From a virus (Duplodnaviria > Caudoviricetes), in IMG/VR virus record IMGVR_UViG_3300036762_000188: 64,000 nucleotides of DNA; one strand, written 5' to 3'. The position numbers were made by a program, and so were the translations under genes. A model generated the notes under the pieces. That model was not told the DNA's origin. It searched no databases and saw nothing but the letters and a program-made list of their open reading frames with translations. Positions 47,846 to 56,942 of this stretch are shown piece after piece (within the stretch, counting starts at the first letter, position 1; the number at the start of each line of letters is the position of its first letter).

Positions 47846-49972
47846 TTAATCCTCGTAATCTAAAAATGGACTAGCCTCATTAGGTACTCGAGTAGTTCTG
47901 CCGTAGCTATCTACTTGCTCTACCGTACCGTTATCTATCCAGTCCTTCATTTGTATAAAGTCAAAGTCAGCTAGGCTTACTATGTTACGGGCTATCAGTA
48001 CTCGCTGGTCACTGCTGCTATAATTAGAGTCTGTGCTCCATGTACCTGCATCACGTGTAAAATCCCTTACCAACCCTGACTTATCCTGTAAAAGTGCTGG
48101 TTCCGCAGCACCTACTCCGAGGACATCTCCATAATAATAGCATGCTAACTCGTAAGCTTTAGCGTTACCGTATATACCAGGATCATCTTCAAATCCTAAC
48201 GTCGCCGCCATTGCAGGTGGTACGGCAGGAGGTTTAAACATCATTAACTCACTTATAGTAGACACACTGGCCATACTATAACTAGTAGTAGCAGAGCCCA
48301 TGGCACTTATACTATGAGATACGCCTACGCATAATCCGTGAAAACTCTCAGCATAAGGAGATGGATCCACTATATCCATAGGATAACCTACCACCGGGTA
48401 TGGGTTGAAGTCTCCCTGTGCCTGTGCTGTACGAGATCTATATGCTTCTATAGAGTACTGCTGATCCACCCATAGAATCATCATCCTGGCCCACGGGGTT
48501 AATCCAGCCTTATCGCTGAAAGGGTTGAAGCGGTCCTCACCGTCGTACATAGCCTTCCAGAAATTAACAGCTTTAACCTTCTGAGCAGATACGTCTACGC
48601 TAAATAAAGTCTCTGACCCTTCCTTACGCTGAAGGCCGTGTCCCATTATATTGTATATCTCAGGGACTCCTATTAACCTAGGATTTATACCGCTACCCCA
48701 CTCATATTTACCTATAGTATTTATATGTGGTCTAAGGGTATCCTGTAAGTTACCAGAGCCTCCGCGAGCCACCCTTACTGAATGTGGAGCTGTATACGTC
48801 TGAGCCTGGGCGGCACCTTCTGCTCCGGACTGAGGACCTCCAGGTATGGGGTACGCCACGTTCATAACCCTAGAAGGTATATCAGAGAATGCGCTACTGA
48901 CAGATATAGAGTTAACTAGCTGTGGCATGACCACGTTACATATAGGCGCATAGTATGTAGGTAGCGTAGGCTTAACAGTATACTCTATGCCCGTATTAGT
49001 AGGGCTATTCATGACAGTCATAGAGTAGTCTATAAGTGCCAAGTACTCCATGAAATAATCATAGAACGAGGACACCTCTGGATTAACTGATTGCAGACCG
49101 GCCTTTAAAATACGAACCGTCATAGCTATCTCAGCCTGATTACCTATAAATGTCTTATACTTCAGAGGTAGTATTATATCGAAAGGAGAGCCATCCCCTC
49201 CAGCCTTGCTCTCTTTAGAGTAGCTGACCCTGTCACTATCCACACCTGATTCTAATACAGGATGACCGCTGAGCTTATCCCAGAACTGCAGGCCGTCCTC
49301 TACTAAAGCTTTATACATAGTATTCAAGGCATCATTATCGCCCTTGACTCTAGATTGTATAACAGCTTCACTACCTATAAGTCTCTCTTCTGTAGAGGTA
49401 GGTATATCGGATGTACTCACTCTAGACAGAAGTCTATCCCAGTACACCTTCATGACTCCCGGGCTGCCCTTCAATCTCTTAAACTGCTCCTCTGAACTAG
49501 TAGAGCGCTCCCCGCTACGTCTATTAGCCACACTCTTAAGTGCTTGGTGTATAGCCGCTTCGTGAGATATATCGTTTGACTGACTTATAGCTACTTGAGT
49601 TTCTACAGGGGCTAGGAAGCTCTGTGCCCCGAACCTAACTAATATCTGCTGGAGAAGTGTCACTGAATGCCTTGCAGATAATGACATGGAGCGTTGAGCT
49701 CCGTCTGCACCGTTATACTTAGACTCTTCTATACCAGTTATTACTCCTGAGAATAACTGCTTGTAATCACTATCCTCTGTTCCAGTGGCTAGTGGATCTA
49801 AGAAGAATATATGTACCTTAGGCTGGTAGTTTTTACATAAAGCGGATAGGGATGTATGAGGCGGGACTTCTATTCTAGCAGTGGGTACGGACCCGAATGC
49901 GTTATCAACAGTAGCTCCTAGAAAGGGTATTTCTACCCCCTCTACGAATACTTTAAAATCACGGTATTTCAT
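47846..49972 (-). CDS. baseplate hub-like protein
   Basis: KVFVEGVEIPF, LFSG.I, APICNVVMP, FNPYPVVGYP. Confidence 0.65.
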   Translation of the reverse strand: MKYRDFKVFVEGVEIPFLGATVDNAFGSVPTARIEVPPHTSLSALCKNYQPKVHIFFLDPLATGTEDSDYKQLFSGVITGIEESKYNGADGAQRSMSLSARHSVTLLQQILVRFGAQSFLAPVETQVAISQSNDISHEAAIHQALKSVANRRSGERSTSSEEQFKRLKGSPGVMKVYWDRLLSRVSTSDIPTSTEERLIGSEAVIQSRVKGDNDALNTMYKALVEDGLQFWDKLSGHPVLESGVDSDRVSYSKESKAGGDGSPFDIILPLKYKTFIGNQAEIAMTVRILKAGLQSVNPEVSSFYDYFMEYLALIDYSMTVMNSPTNTGIEYTVKPTLPTYYAPICNVVMPQLVNSISVSSAFSDIPSRVMNVAYPIPGGPQSGAEGAAQAQTYTAPHSVRVARGGSGNLQDTLRPHINTIGKYEWGSGINPRLIGVPEIYNIMGHGLQRKEGSETLFSVDVSAQKVKAVNFWKAMYDGEDRFNPFSDKAGLTPWARMMILWVDQQYSIEAYRSRTAQAQGDFNPYPVVGYPMDIVDPSPYAESFHGLCVGVSHSISAMGSATTSYSMASVSTISELMMFKPPAVPPAMAATLGFEDDPGIYGNAKAYELACYYYGDVLGVGAAEPALLQDKSGLVRDFTRDAGTWSTDSNYSSSDQRVLIARNIVSLADFDFIQMKDWIDNGTVEQVDSYGRTTRVPNEASPFLDYED

Positions 49973-50118
49973 GTGTCCACCTGCCTCATAACGCTTTTAG
50001 ACTCTAATACCCTACGCTGACCTACGATACCTCCCATTGTATTAGGATCCGTGTAGGTCCCACGTAATACTCCTATAACAGACTCTACCTGATTGACGAA
50101 GAGTTTCTCAGGTGTCAT
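49969..50118 (-). CDS. 49-aa hypothetical protein absent from the ORF track
   Basis: MTPEKLFVNQ...RQVDT fills the gap and ends in an ATGA overlap with the next gene. Confidence 0.5.
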   Translation of the reverse strand: MTPEKLFVNQVESVIGVLRGTYTDPNTMGGIVGQRRVLESKSVMRQVDT

Positions 50119-50473
50119 CTTTACTAGCTTTGTCTTGGCCATTTAATCCTCTCACTACTAATGCACCGTTCTCTCTATGTAGAGTAGGTTGGGTGCCTCT
50201 GGTCTGAATAATGTATTCTGCCATCATACGTTCATGTCTATCGTCAGTTACTGCTTGGTACAGGGACTGAGCCATGTGCTTGCGATGCATAGACGCTGTA
50301 AGTTCTGCATTACCCAGGGAAGCTGCAGCCTCGACCATTAATCTACGACTATCCGTAAGCTTACTCTTAACTAACCAGCCTCTCAGGGTACGATCTTTTA
50401 TAGAGCCTAGCGCGCCTGGATCAACTCCAGATGCGTATAGTTCTACCCGCATGCATGCCCATGGCTCTTTTAA
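50108..50473 (-). CDS. -1 frameshift extension of the tail assembly chaperone (GT-type)
   Basis: The -1 frame is open from the slippery site: LKEPWACMRVELY... Confidence 0.75.
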   Translation of the reverse strand, partial: LKEPWACMRVELYASGVDPGALGSIKDRTLRGWLVKSKLTDSRRLMVEAAASLGNAELTASMHRKHMAQSLYQAVTDDRHERMMAEYIIQTRGTQPTLHRENGALVVRGLNGQDKASKDDT

Positions 50474-50976
50474 AAATTTTCAGAGCCATATGTTACGGCT
50501 TCGCGCACCTTGTTATCAAACTCTATGAGCTTCTCTACCAACTTCTCAGTTACAGGAGACGGTATTTCATTACGTATAAACTCATATATCTCATCTGGCT
50601 TCTTATCGGCGAAATTCTTAGAGCAGTACGAGATCATTGAATGTGCTAATGTCATAGTAGATACTACAGACGTATACGCGCTTATACTCTTAAATTCCTG
50701 TCGATCAACTGCACGTGCTATGTTAACATCGGCACCTGTAGTACGAGTACGGAATACGACTGAGTTAGTCTTACCTATACGCACCGTCTCTTCATAATAT
50801 CCTTGGAACATAAGAGCGTCATATATAGCTAACGCTGCAGTATCCACTTTAGCGTCTACTTTAGCGTCTACTTTAGCGTCTACTTTAGCGTCTACTTTAG
50901 CGTCTACCTCAGTAGTCTCTGCCTCGGAACCTAGAGAAGGTTCAGTGAAGTCAAATGTAAAATCATCTTTGTTCAT
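50470..50976 (-). CDS. tail assembly chaperone (G-type)
   Basis: Acidic 168-aa protein ending in A AAT TTT TAA, upstream of hub and tape measure. Confidence 0.75.
   Translation of the reverse strand: MNKDDFTFDFTEPSLGSEAETTEVDAKVDAKVDAKVDAKVDAKVDTAALAIYDALMFQGYYEETVRIGKTNSVVFRTRTTGADVNIARAVDRQEFKSISAYTSVVSTMTLAHSMISYCSKNFADKKPDEIYEFIRNEIPSPVTEKLVEKLIEFDNKVREAVTYGSENF
50846..50905 (-). repeat. five perfect 12-bp tandem repeats encoding VDAK
   Basis: ACTTTAGCGTCT x5 on the plus strand. Confidence 0.95.
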
Positions 50977-51007
50977 GTTAAAAATCCTTTGGGTTGTTAT
51001 AGATATT

Positions 51008-52618
51008 TTACTCTACGAACGTGTAGTCGCCGGTTAGATACTGATATCCTAAGTTGGCAAATACAACGCTATGGAACCAATCGTCTGGTATATTAGGGTC
51101 TTTTATGTATAGGCGTCTACCTGTCCTAGTCTCCTCCTCGTAGATAGCTAGCGCATCATTCCAAAGCCCTTCTGTTAGATTCCAGTTCGGAGTAGCGAAT
51201 CTGTGAACACCTAACCTCATCTTCATCATAACGTTATCCATGGCCTGTGTACGATCTGCTGCCAGGAAATTACCATTACTATTCCAGTACAATCTGGTAT
51301 TAGAGGTTACGTATTGACACATGATGACCTTATCTCTACCTAGCTTATTGGCCATTAGTTCTGCCTGTAGTACGCCTACTCCGCGGTCAGAAGCTACTAT
51401 ACTAACATTCCACTTCCTGGCTATCTCACACACTCTATCGACTTGATCTAGTATCTTACCCTCTGATAGCTTAGTAGCCTCTAATAGTATCATTCCTCCG
51501 GTAGAATCAATACCTATAACAGACACTACCGTCATGGAGGACTGTGATCCAGATACCGACCAGTCTACTCCTAATACTACGTTGGTTATAGACTTAGCCC
51601 TGCTTAGCATCTCTCCTGATAGATTGGACCCGTCTGGGCTAGGCCATTCAGTCCAATCAGGTACGCAACATCCCTGAGCCTCTCCTAGAGATAACGATGA
51701 TGCCCCTAGGTCCGTGGCTAGTCCGAATATCTCATTGGCTATTAATGTAGGTGTATACATTACACCTTTTCTAGATAAGTCTACTTTAGCGTATAACCTC
51801 TCCCATTTACCAGGCTTGCAGTTTGCCCCGAATATAAGCTGTGGCAGGTGCAGGCCTTGTCTCTTAACTCCGGGTTTGGTTGAAACCCACTGCCCACCGT
51901 TAAATGAGAATGGGCTATGGCAGTAAGGACATACTAGAGTCTTAGGGTTAACACACATCTCCATGCACAAATCGTATTCATTAGGTATGACCCATTTACT
52001 ACACTTATCGCACTTCTTAACGAACTCCATCTGATTAGTAGTCAGCCATAGCTGCTCTAAGGTGTTCGCAGTAGACTTACTAGTCCCGGTGAATATCTGG
52101 TATCCGTAATCTGAAGTGTTAAGAACCTCGGCTATGACGGGTATGATATCTATTGATACATCCTGCACCTCGTCTATACATAATAGATCCGCAGTGATAC
52201 CACGCACCCTATCGGCGTCCGCACCTGTCTGCGCGTATGACAGGATGACTTCTGACTTATTATTGTAGCTCTTATGGAATACGTTACCTACGTCTTTACT
52301 ATTAACAAAGAACTTCTTGATGAACTTAGAATCGCGGAATATATCTAGGTACCCTACAGAAAAGCGTTTAGTCTGAGTCTGGGACGGAGATATGTATAGG
52401 CTGGTAAACCAAGGCTGAGAGATAGATCCTATATTTATACGTCCGCCTAATCCTAGAGATTTACCTACCTGTCTAGCAGCCTTAACCACTAGCACCTCTG
52501 GGTACATGTCATATATAAGACGTTGAGGATCATAGTCAGGTTCAAATCTTACTCTGGAACCTTTGAAGTCCAGGATCGCCTGTGCGTACTTAGACCCTGT
52601 AGCTTTTATAGTGGGCAT
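51008..52618 (-). CDS. terL: terminase large subunit
   Basis: ARQVGKS Walker A, RVRG, CIDEVQD Walker B, GT, CxxC pairs, GVDW nuclease motif, PDDWFHS. Confidence 0.9.
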   Translation of the reverse strand: MPTIKATGSKYAQAILDFKGSRVRFEPDYDPQRLIYDMYPEVLVVKAARQVGKSLGLGGRINIGSISQPWFTSLYISPSQTQTKRFSVGYLDIFRDSKFIKKFFVNSKDVGNVFHKSYNNKSEVILSYAQTGADADRVRGITADLLCIDEVQDVSIDIIPVIAEVLNTSDYGYQIFTGTSKSTANTLEQLWLTTNQMEFVKKCDKCSKWVIPNEYDLCMEMCVNPKTLVCPYCHSPFSFNGGQWVSTKPGVKRQGLHLPQLIFGANCKPGKWERLYAKVDLSRKGVMYTPTLIANEIFGLATDLGASSLSLGEAQGCCVPDWTEWPSPDGSNLSGEMLSRAKSITNVVLGVDWSVSGSQSSMTVVSVIGIDSTGGMILLEATKLSEGKILDQVDRVCEIARKWNVSIVASDRGVGVLQAELMANKLGRDKVIMCQYVTSNTRLYWNSNGNFLAADRTQAMDNVMMKMRLGVHRFATPNWNLTEGLWNDALAIYEEETRTGRRLYIKDPNIPDDWFHSVVFANLGYQYLTGDYTFVE

Positions 52619-52659
52619 ATACTGTCCTTTTTTAAGTATGATAATTACCTATATTTTAT

Positions 52660-52669
52660 GGTATAAGTA
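52660..52669 (+). promoter_or_regulatory. GGTATAAGTA motif variant
   Basis: Divergent intergenic region ahead of AGGAG RBS. Confidence 0.55.
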
Positions 52670-52693
52670 CTATAGTGAGTTTAGGAGTCTACT

Positions 52694-53242
52694 ATGGGCA
52701 TTAGAGACGTTATGGAGATTGAGGGGTATGTATGCGACCACAAGGCATACATAGACATAACACTTTTCAGGACTCTTGATAAGAGAGTCTTAATGATAGA
52801 GTCTTTGGCTCATATGGGTAGAGTGGTGAGGATACTTTCGAAAGAAGGTTTGGATATCTCATTACTCTACCAGTTGTACATAACTACCGGCTACTCTTCT
52901 GCATGGAGTAGAAGTGCCAAGGCTAGGGGGCTGGCGTCTTACATAAAAGCCTATAAATGCAAGTATAAGAGTATACCTGCATTCTTAGAGGCTTGCTACC
53001 TTACTGGTATTAATGGGGATTATATCTATATACCAGACCTAATAGGTAGTACGGAGGGCGTCACGGAAGAGCTAATTGATAAGGCTGAAGAACTTAGCGA
53101 ACGCGTACTCTTGGAAATTAATAACAAATACGTGGATGACAAAATAGAGGAGCTTGAATTACGGATGAAAACATTGAAGCTAAATATAGATACTAGCCTC
53201 TTGCAGTTTCTGGAGGCTCTAAGGAGTAAACATGAGACTTGA
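52694..53242 (+). CDS. hypothetical protein
   Basis: AGGAG RBS. Confidence 0.65.
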   Translation: MGIRDVMEIEGYVCDHKAYIDITLFRTLDKRVLMIESLAHMGRVVRILSKEGLDISLLYQLYITTGYSSAWSRSAKARGLASYIKAYKCKYKSIPAFLEACYLTGINGDYIYIPDLIGSTEGVTEELIDKAEELSERVLLEINNKYVDDKIEELELRMKTLKLNIDTSLLQFLEALRSKHET

Positions 53243-53657
53243 CAGATTATTAAACAGCATGTCTGATATGACACCGTCTGCAGAGAAAGATCTCTGCACA
53301 TTACCCTTTATAAAGATGGGTGTCGACGCAGTAGCGTCTACCTCTTCACAACTATTCTACCGTTGCATGCGAAACGGTGATCTTATAAAGGACGCCATGT
53401 CCGGCAAGCTATTGATAGTGGACATGGTTATAGATACCCCGCTAAATGATATATTAGTAAGGTACCTAATGGAACTACAGCAGCACGGTTATTCTAGACA
53501 TCCCGATAGGTTGATACTAGAATTATTGGCCGCAGTAGTATCTTACGGAGAAGACTGCCTTCGTAAGAATGATATAGTGGGCGCATGTAGAGTGCAGTCC
53601 GAATGGCGCAAGATAGGCGCTGTATGTGAAGAAGTATGGGTTAACATAGCGGCCTAG
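53232..53657 (+). CDS. hypothetical protein
   Basis: AAGGAG RBS. Confidence 0.65.
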   Translation: MRLDRLLNSMSDMTPSAEKDLCTLPFIKMGVDAVASTSSQLFYRCMRNGDLIKDAMSGKLLIVDMVIDTPLNDILVRYLMELQQHGYSRHPDRLILELLAAVVSYGEDCLRKNDIVGACRVQSEWRKIGAVCEEVWVNIAA

Positions 53658-53671
53658 GCCGCTTAACTATA

Positions 53672-53703
53672 GGAGCAGGTACCCCCCCCCTGCTCCATTT
53701 TTT
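53672..53703 (+). terminator. intrinsic terminator
   Basis: GGAGCAGG/CCTGCTCC stem plus T run. Confidence 0.75.
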
Positions 53704-53713
53704 AGATTACGCA

Positions 53714-53723
53714 GGTATAAATA
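53714..53723 (+). promoter_or_regulatory. GGTATAAATA motif variant ahead of nrdA
   Basis: Intergenic, just after the terminator. Confidence 0.45.
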
Positions 53724-53793
53724 CAATGTGGTATTGACATGGCTACCTCTGCGTATTAACATTGCAGGTAGTTTTTTACATTAGGAGAAGTTG

Positions 53794-55599
53794 ATGACTG
53801 AGTACTTAGGTATTAATATCGATTACAGTAGAGATCGAATTATACCGGAACAGGGATTGTTAATGTTGACCACTAAGGGTTTCTATAAAACTGAGTGGGA
53901 GGGTTCTCCTCAAGAATCTTTTGCTAGAGCATCTACTTGCTACTGTTTCGGCGACTATGAATTAGCTAAGCGTATATATGACGCAGTGTCTAGTAAATGG
54001 TTTACATTCGCCAGTCCAGTGCTGAGCACCGCTATTGAGATAGAGTGGCCGCGGGACTTGAGAGATTTCGAAGCTTATGGAGATTGGCTAGAGGATAACA
54101 TAGACACTCCATCAGGCCTGCCTATAAGTTGTTTCTTAAATAGTATTGAGGACACTAAGGAGAGTCTAGTAGACACGCGTACGGAGGCTAACCTGCTGAG
54201 TATGAGTGGCGGCGGTATCGGTGTATACTTTGGTAACCGCTCCCCAGATGAGAAATCTACAGGTGTAATGGCGCACTTAGCTGGATGGGACGCCGACTGC
54301 CTATCATATAAACAGACCAGCTCACGCCGCGGTAGTATAGCAGCGTATTTAGATATCACTCACCCTGAAATCATTAAGTTCATACGTACCCGTAATCCTA
54401 TCGGCGGTAAGAACTTTAACATAAATACAGGTGTTAACATTACCGATAAGTTTATGAAAGCCGTTATAAATGGCGATGACTATGAGCTTATCGATCCTAA
54501 GCATGGACCTACGGGGATATTCCTATCAGCACGAGAAGTGTGGGAAGATTTAATGGATCAGCGCTTTGAGACCGGCGAACCGTACCTATGTTTCATTGAT
54601 ACTATCAATCGTAGCCGTCCGCCACAGATAACTAAGGCCCTGTATAATGTCCGCCAGAGTAACCTATGTTCAGAGATTACTCTTATGACGTCTAATAAGC
54701 GTACGGCTGTGTGCTGCCTATCGTCTCTAAACTTGGATAAGTACGATGAGTGGAAGGATACTACGCTAGTAGCAGACTTGGTAAGATTCTTAGATAACGT
54801 GCTAGAGTACTTCATTAGACTGGCCCCTCCGGGTTTAAGCAAGGCAGTATACTCCGCCCGTAAAGAGCGCGCTATAGGCCTCGGTACTTTAGGGTTCCAT
54901 AGCTATCTACAGCGTAAAGGCGTACCATTCGAGTCCGGTGGTCTAGGAAGCGCTTCACAGATAAACTTTAACATATACCGTAATATCAAGGCCCAGGCAG
55001 TAGAGTCTAGTAAGGTACTGGCTAGTGAACGAGGAGAGCCTGATGACTGTGTAGGAAGCGGCATGCGTAATAGTCATTTACTGGCTATAGCTCCTAACGC
55101 CAGCAGCTCATCCCTTGTCAACGTCAGTCCTTCTATCGAACCGTGGGCCGCTAACGCGTTCTCTGCCGAAGGTCGTGCCGGTGCATTCTTGATAAAGAAC
55201 CCGCACTTAGTAACGGCTTTAGAGGAGTTAAATCTTAATACTGCGGATATGTGGGCTCGCATAGTTAAGGCAGAGGGTTCTATTCAGGGTATAGAGGAGA
55301 TTCCCGAGAGCGTACGTAGAGTATTTAAGACTAGCTTCGAGATAGACCAGATGTGGATCATAGAACACGCTGCTATCCGGGCTCCTGAAGTATGCCAGAG
55401 TCAGTCGGTGAATACCTTCTTGCTGCCCGGCAGTACTGCTCAGATGGCTAGTGATATCTGTATTGCCGCCTGGGCTAAAGGCGTCAAGTCTTTATATTAC
55501 TGCCGTTCAGATGCACCGGTCAGCGCCAGTGTATCACGATCGGATACCGTACGGTCTAGTAAACCCTCCGAGCCAGCGTGCTTATCTTGTGAAGGATGA
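53794..55599 (+). CDS. nrdA: ribonucleotide reductase class I alpha subunit
   Basis: ASPVL, PISCF, GGGIG, QSNLCSEI, CCLSSLN, APNASSS, SQS, KSLYYCR, C-terminal CLSCEG; no ATP cone seen. Confidence 0.96.
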   Translation: MTEYLGINIDYSRDRIIPEQGLLMLTTKGFYKTEWEGSPQESFARASTCYCFGDYELAKRIYDAVSSKWFTFASPVLSTAIEIEWPRDLRDFEAYGDWLEDNIDTPSGLPISCFLNSIEDTKESLVDTRTEANLLSMSGGGIGVYFGNRSPDEKSTGVMAHLAGWDADCLSYKQTSSRRGSIAAYLDITHPEIIKFIRTRNPIGGKNFNINTGVNITDKFMKAVINGDDYELIDPKHGPTGIFLSAREVWEDLMDQRFETGEPYLCFIDTINRSRPPQITKALYNVRQSNLCSEITLMTSNKRTAVCCLSSLNLDKYDEWKDTTLVADLVRFLDNVLEYFIRLAPPGLSKAVYSARKERAIGLGTLGFHSYLQRKGVPFESGGLGSASQINFNIYRNIKAQAVESSKVLASERGEPDDCVGSGMRNSHLLAIAPNASSSSLVNVSPSIEPWAANAFSAEGRAGAFLIKNPHLVTALEELNLNTADMWARIVKAEGSIQGIEEIPESVRRVFKTSFEIDQMWIIEHAAIRAPEVCQSQSVNTFLLPGSTAQMASDICIAAWAKGVKSLYYCRSDAPVSASVSRSDTVRSSKPSEPACLSCEG

Positions 55600-55859
55600 A
55601 TGTAATGAATAGTAATGAAGCGATAATCCAGGCCCTTGATTCGGTACGTAGACTATACGCTAAGGAGATAGATGATATTGACAGTAAGATACGTACGGCT
55701 GCTGGTATGGGGAAGTTCTATGTGTCCATAGATCTAACTGATTACCGTAGTGATATCACTCCTATGAAGGACGCCTTAGTTAACTTGTATAGATATAAAT
55801 CTTTCACCGTGAAGTTACCTTTACCTGGTAGCGTGATTAACCTGGAGTGGCCTTTATGA
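55596..55859 (+). CDS. hypothetical protein between nrdA and nrdB
   Basis: ATGA overlaps at both ends. Confidence 0.65.
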   Translation: MNVMNSNEAIIQALDSVRRLYAKEIDDIDSKIRTAAGMGKFYVSIDLTDYRSDITPMKDALVNLYRYKSFTVKLPLPGSVINLEWPL

Positions 55860-56854
55860 TTATCTTTGAGCCTACACGTACGTACCACCCGTTTAAGGCG
55901 GCGTGGGCCATGGAGCTGGCAGAAGAACACTCTATCAGTCTATACTGGGATAAGCATCAGCTTGAGTTTACGGATGACATCCGTCAGTATCACTCTAAGG
56001 ATGGCCTTAAGACTGCTAACGTCAGCCATGAGTCTAACAAGAACATGCTGGCTAAAAATCTTAGCGTATTCACCCAGAGTGATGTAGCGGTAGGAGAGTT
56101 GTACTGCCGACTGCTACCTTACGTTAAGAACAATGAGATACGCAATTGGTTCATGGTGGCTGCTGCCCGTGAATCTACGCACCAGAGATGTTACGCTGCT
56201 GCGGTGGAGGAGTTAGGGTTCCCCGAGTCTACATGGGGTGAGTTCATGGAGTATAAAGCCATGAGCGATAAGATCGATCTTATTAGTGCTGCTAGTGAAG
56301 ATCTATCTAAGCCTATAAACTTCGCTAAGACTCTAGCACAACTTCTGTTGGCTGAGGGTATTGCCTTATTCGGAGCCTTCGCTAGTATGCTCAATCTTAA
56401 GCGCTTCGGGCTTATGATGGGTGTTAACAAGATTAACGAATGGTCACTTCGAGATGAAGAGCGTCACGTATACGGTAACATACTCGCGTTGAACGACGTC
56501 AAGTCTTACCTAACCGATGTAGAGTTGGTAGAGTTAAATGAGTTCATAGTAGAGGCAGTTACTCGTTATCGTGCAGCTGAGCATAAGTTCATCGAGCTAG
56601 CATACGAGATGGGTCCTCAGGAAGGTATGACTGAGGGAGACATGAAGGACTACATAGATTACCTATGTGATTTACGATTAGAGCGTCTAGGGCTAGATCC
56701 TATCTACGGCACTAAAGATAACCCTTTAGAGTGGATGGATTGGTTACTAACAGGGCGTAAGCACGTTAACTTCTTTGAGAATCGTGTATCTCAGTATGAT
56801 CACTTAGGATTGATAGGTGGTGTAGAATACGATAAGTACGCATCTTATCTATAA
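55856..56854 (+). CDS. nrdB: ribonucleotide reductase class I beta subunit
   Basis: FTQSD, ESTHQRCY, EGIALF, WSLRDEERH, NFFENRV..Y. Confidence 0.96.
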   Translation: MIIFEPTRTYHPFKAAWAMELAEEHSISLYWDKHQLEFTDDIRQYHSKDGLKTANVSHESNKNMLAKNLSVFTQSDVAVGELYCRLLPYVKNNEIRNWFMVAAARESTHQRCYAAAVEELGFPESTWGEFMEYKAMSDKIDLISAASEDLSKPINFAKTLAQLLLAEGIALFGAFASMLNLKRFGLMMGVNKINEWSLRDEERHVYGNILALNDVKSYLTDVELVELNEFIVEAVTRYRAAEHKFIELAYEMGPQEGMTEGDMKDYIDYLCDLRLERLGLDPIYGTKDNPLEWMDWLLTGRKHVNFFENRVSQYDHLGLIGGVEYDKYASYL

Positions 56855-56887
56855 GGGTACCCCCTCTTACTTAAAAAGAGGGGTTTA

Positions 56888-56897
56888 GTTATAAACA
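56888..56897 (+). promoter_or_regulatory. GTTATAAACA motif variant ahead of the poly-Ubl gene
   Basis: Intergenic, after a CCCCTCTT/AAGAGGGG hairpin. Confidence 0.45.
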
Positions 56898-56942
56898 TAT
56901 TGTAAGGGAACTTACGATCTCCAATATTTAAAGGAACATTAA

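Noticed and set aside
53682-53690. C9 homopolymer as a phase-variation tract
   Set aside because: Lies in a terminator stem-loop, not in a gene or promoter spacer.
53794-56854. Intron, intein or homing endonuclease in nrdAB
   Set aside because: Both genes are continuous and compact; the 87-aa intervening ORF has no HNH, GIY-YIG or LAGLIDADG motif.
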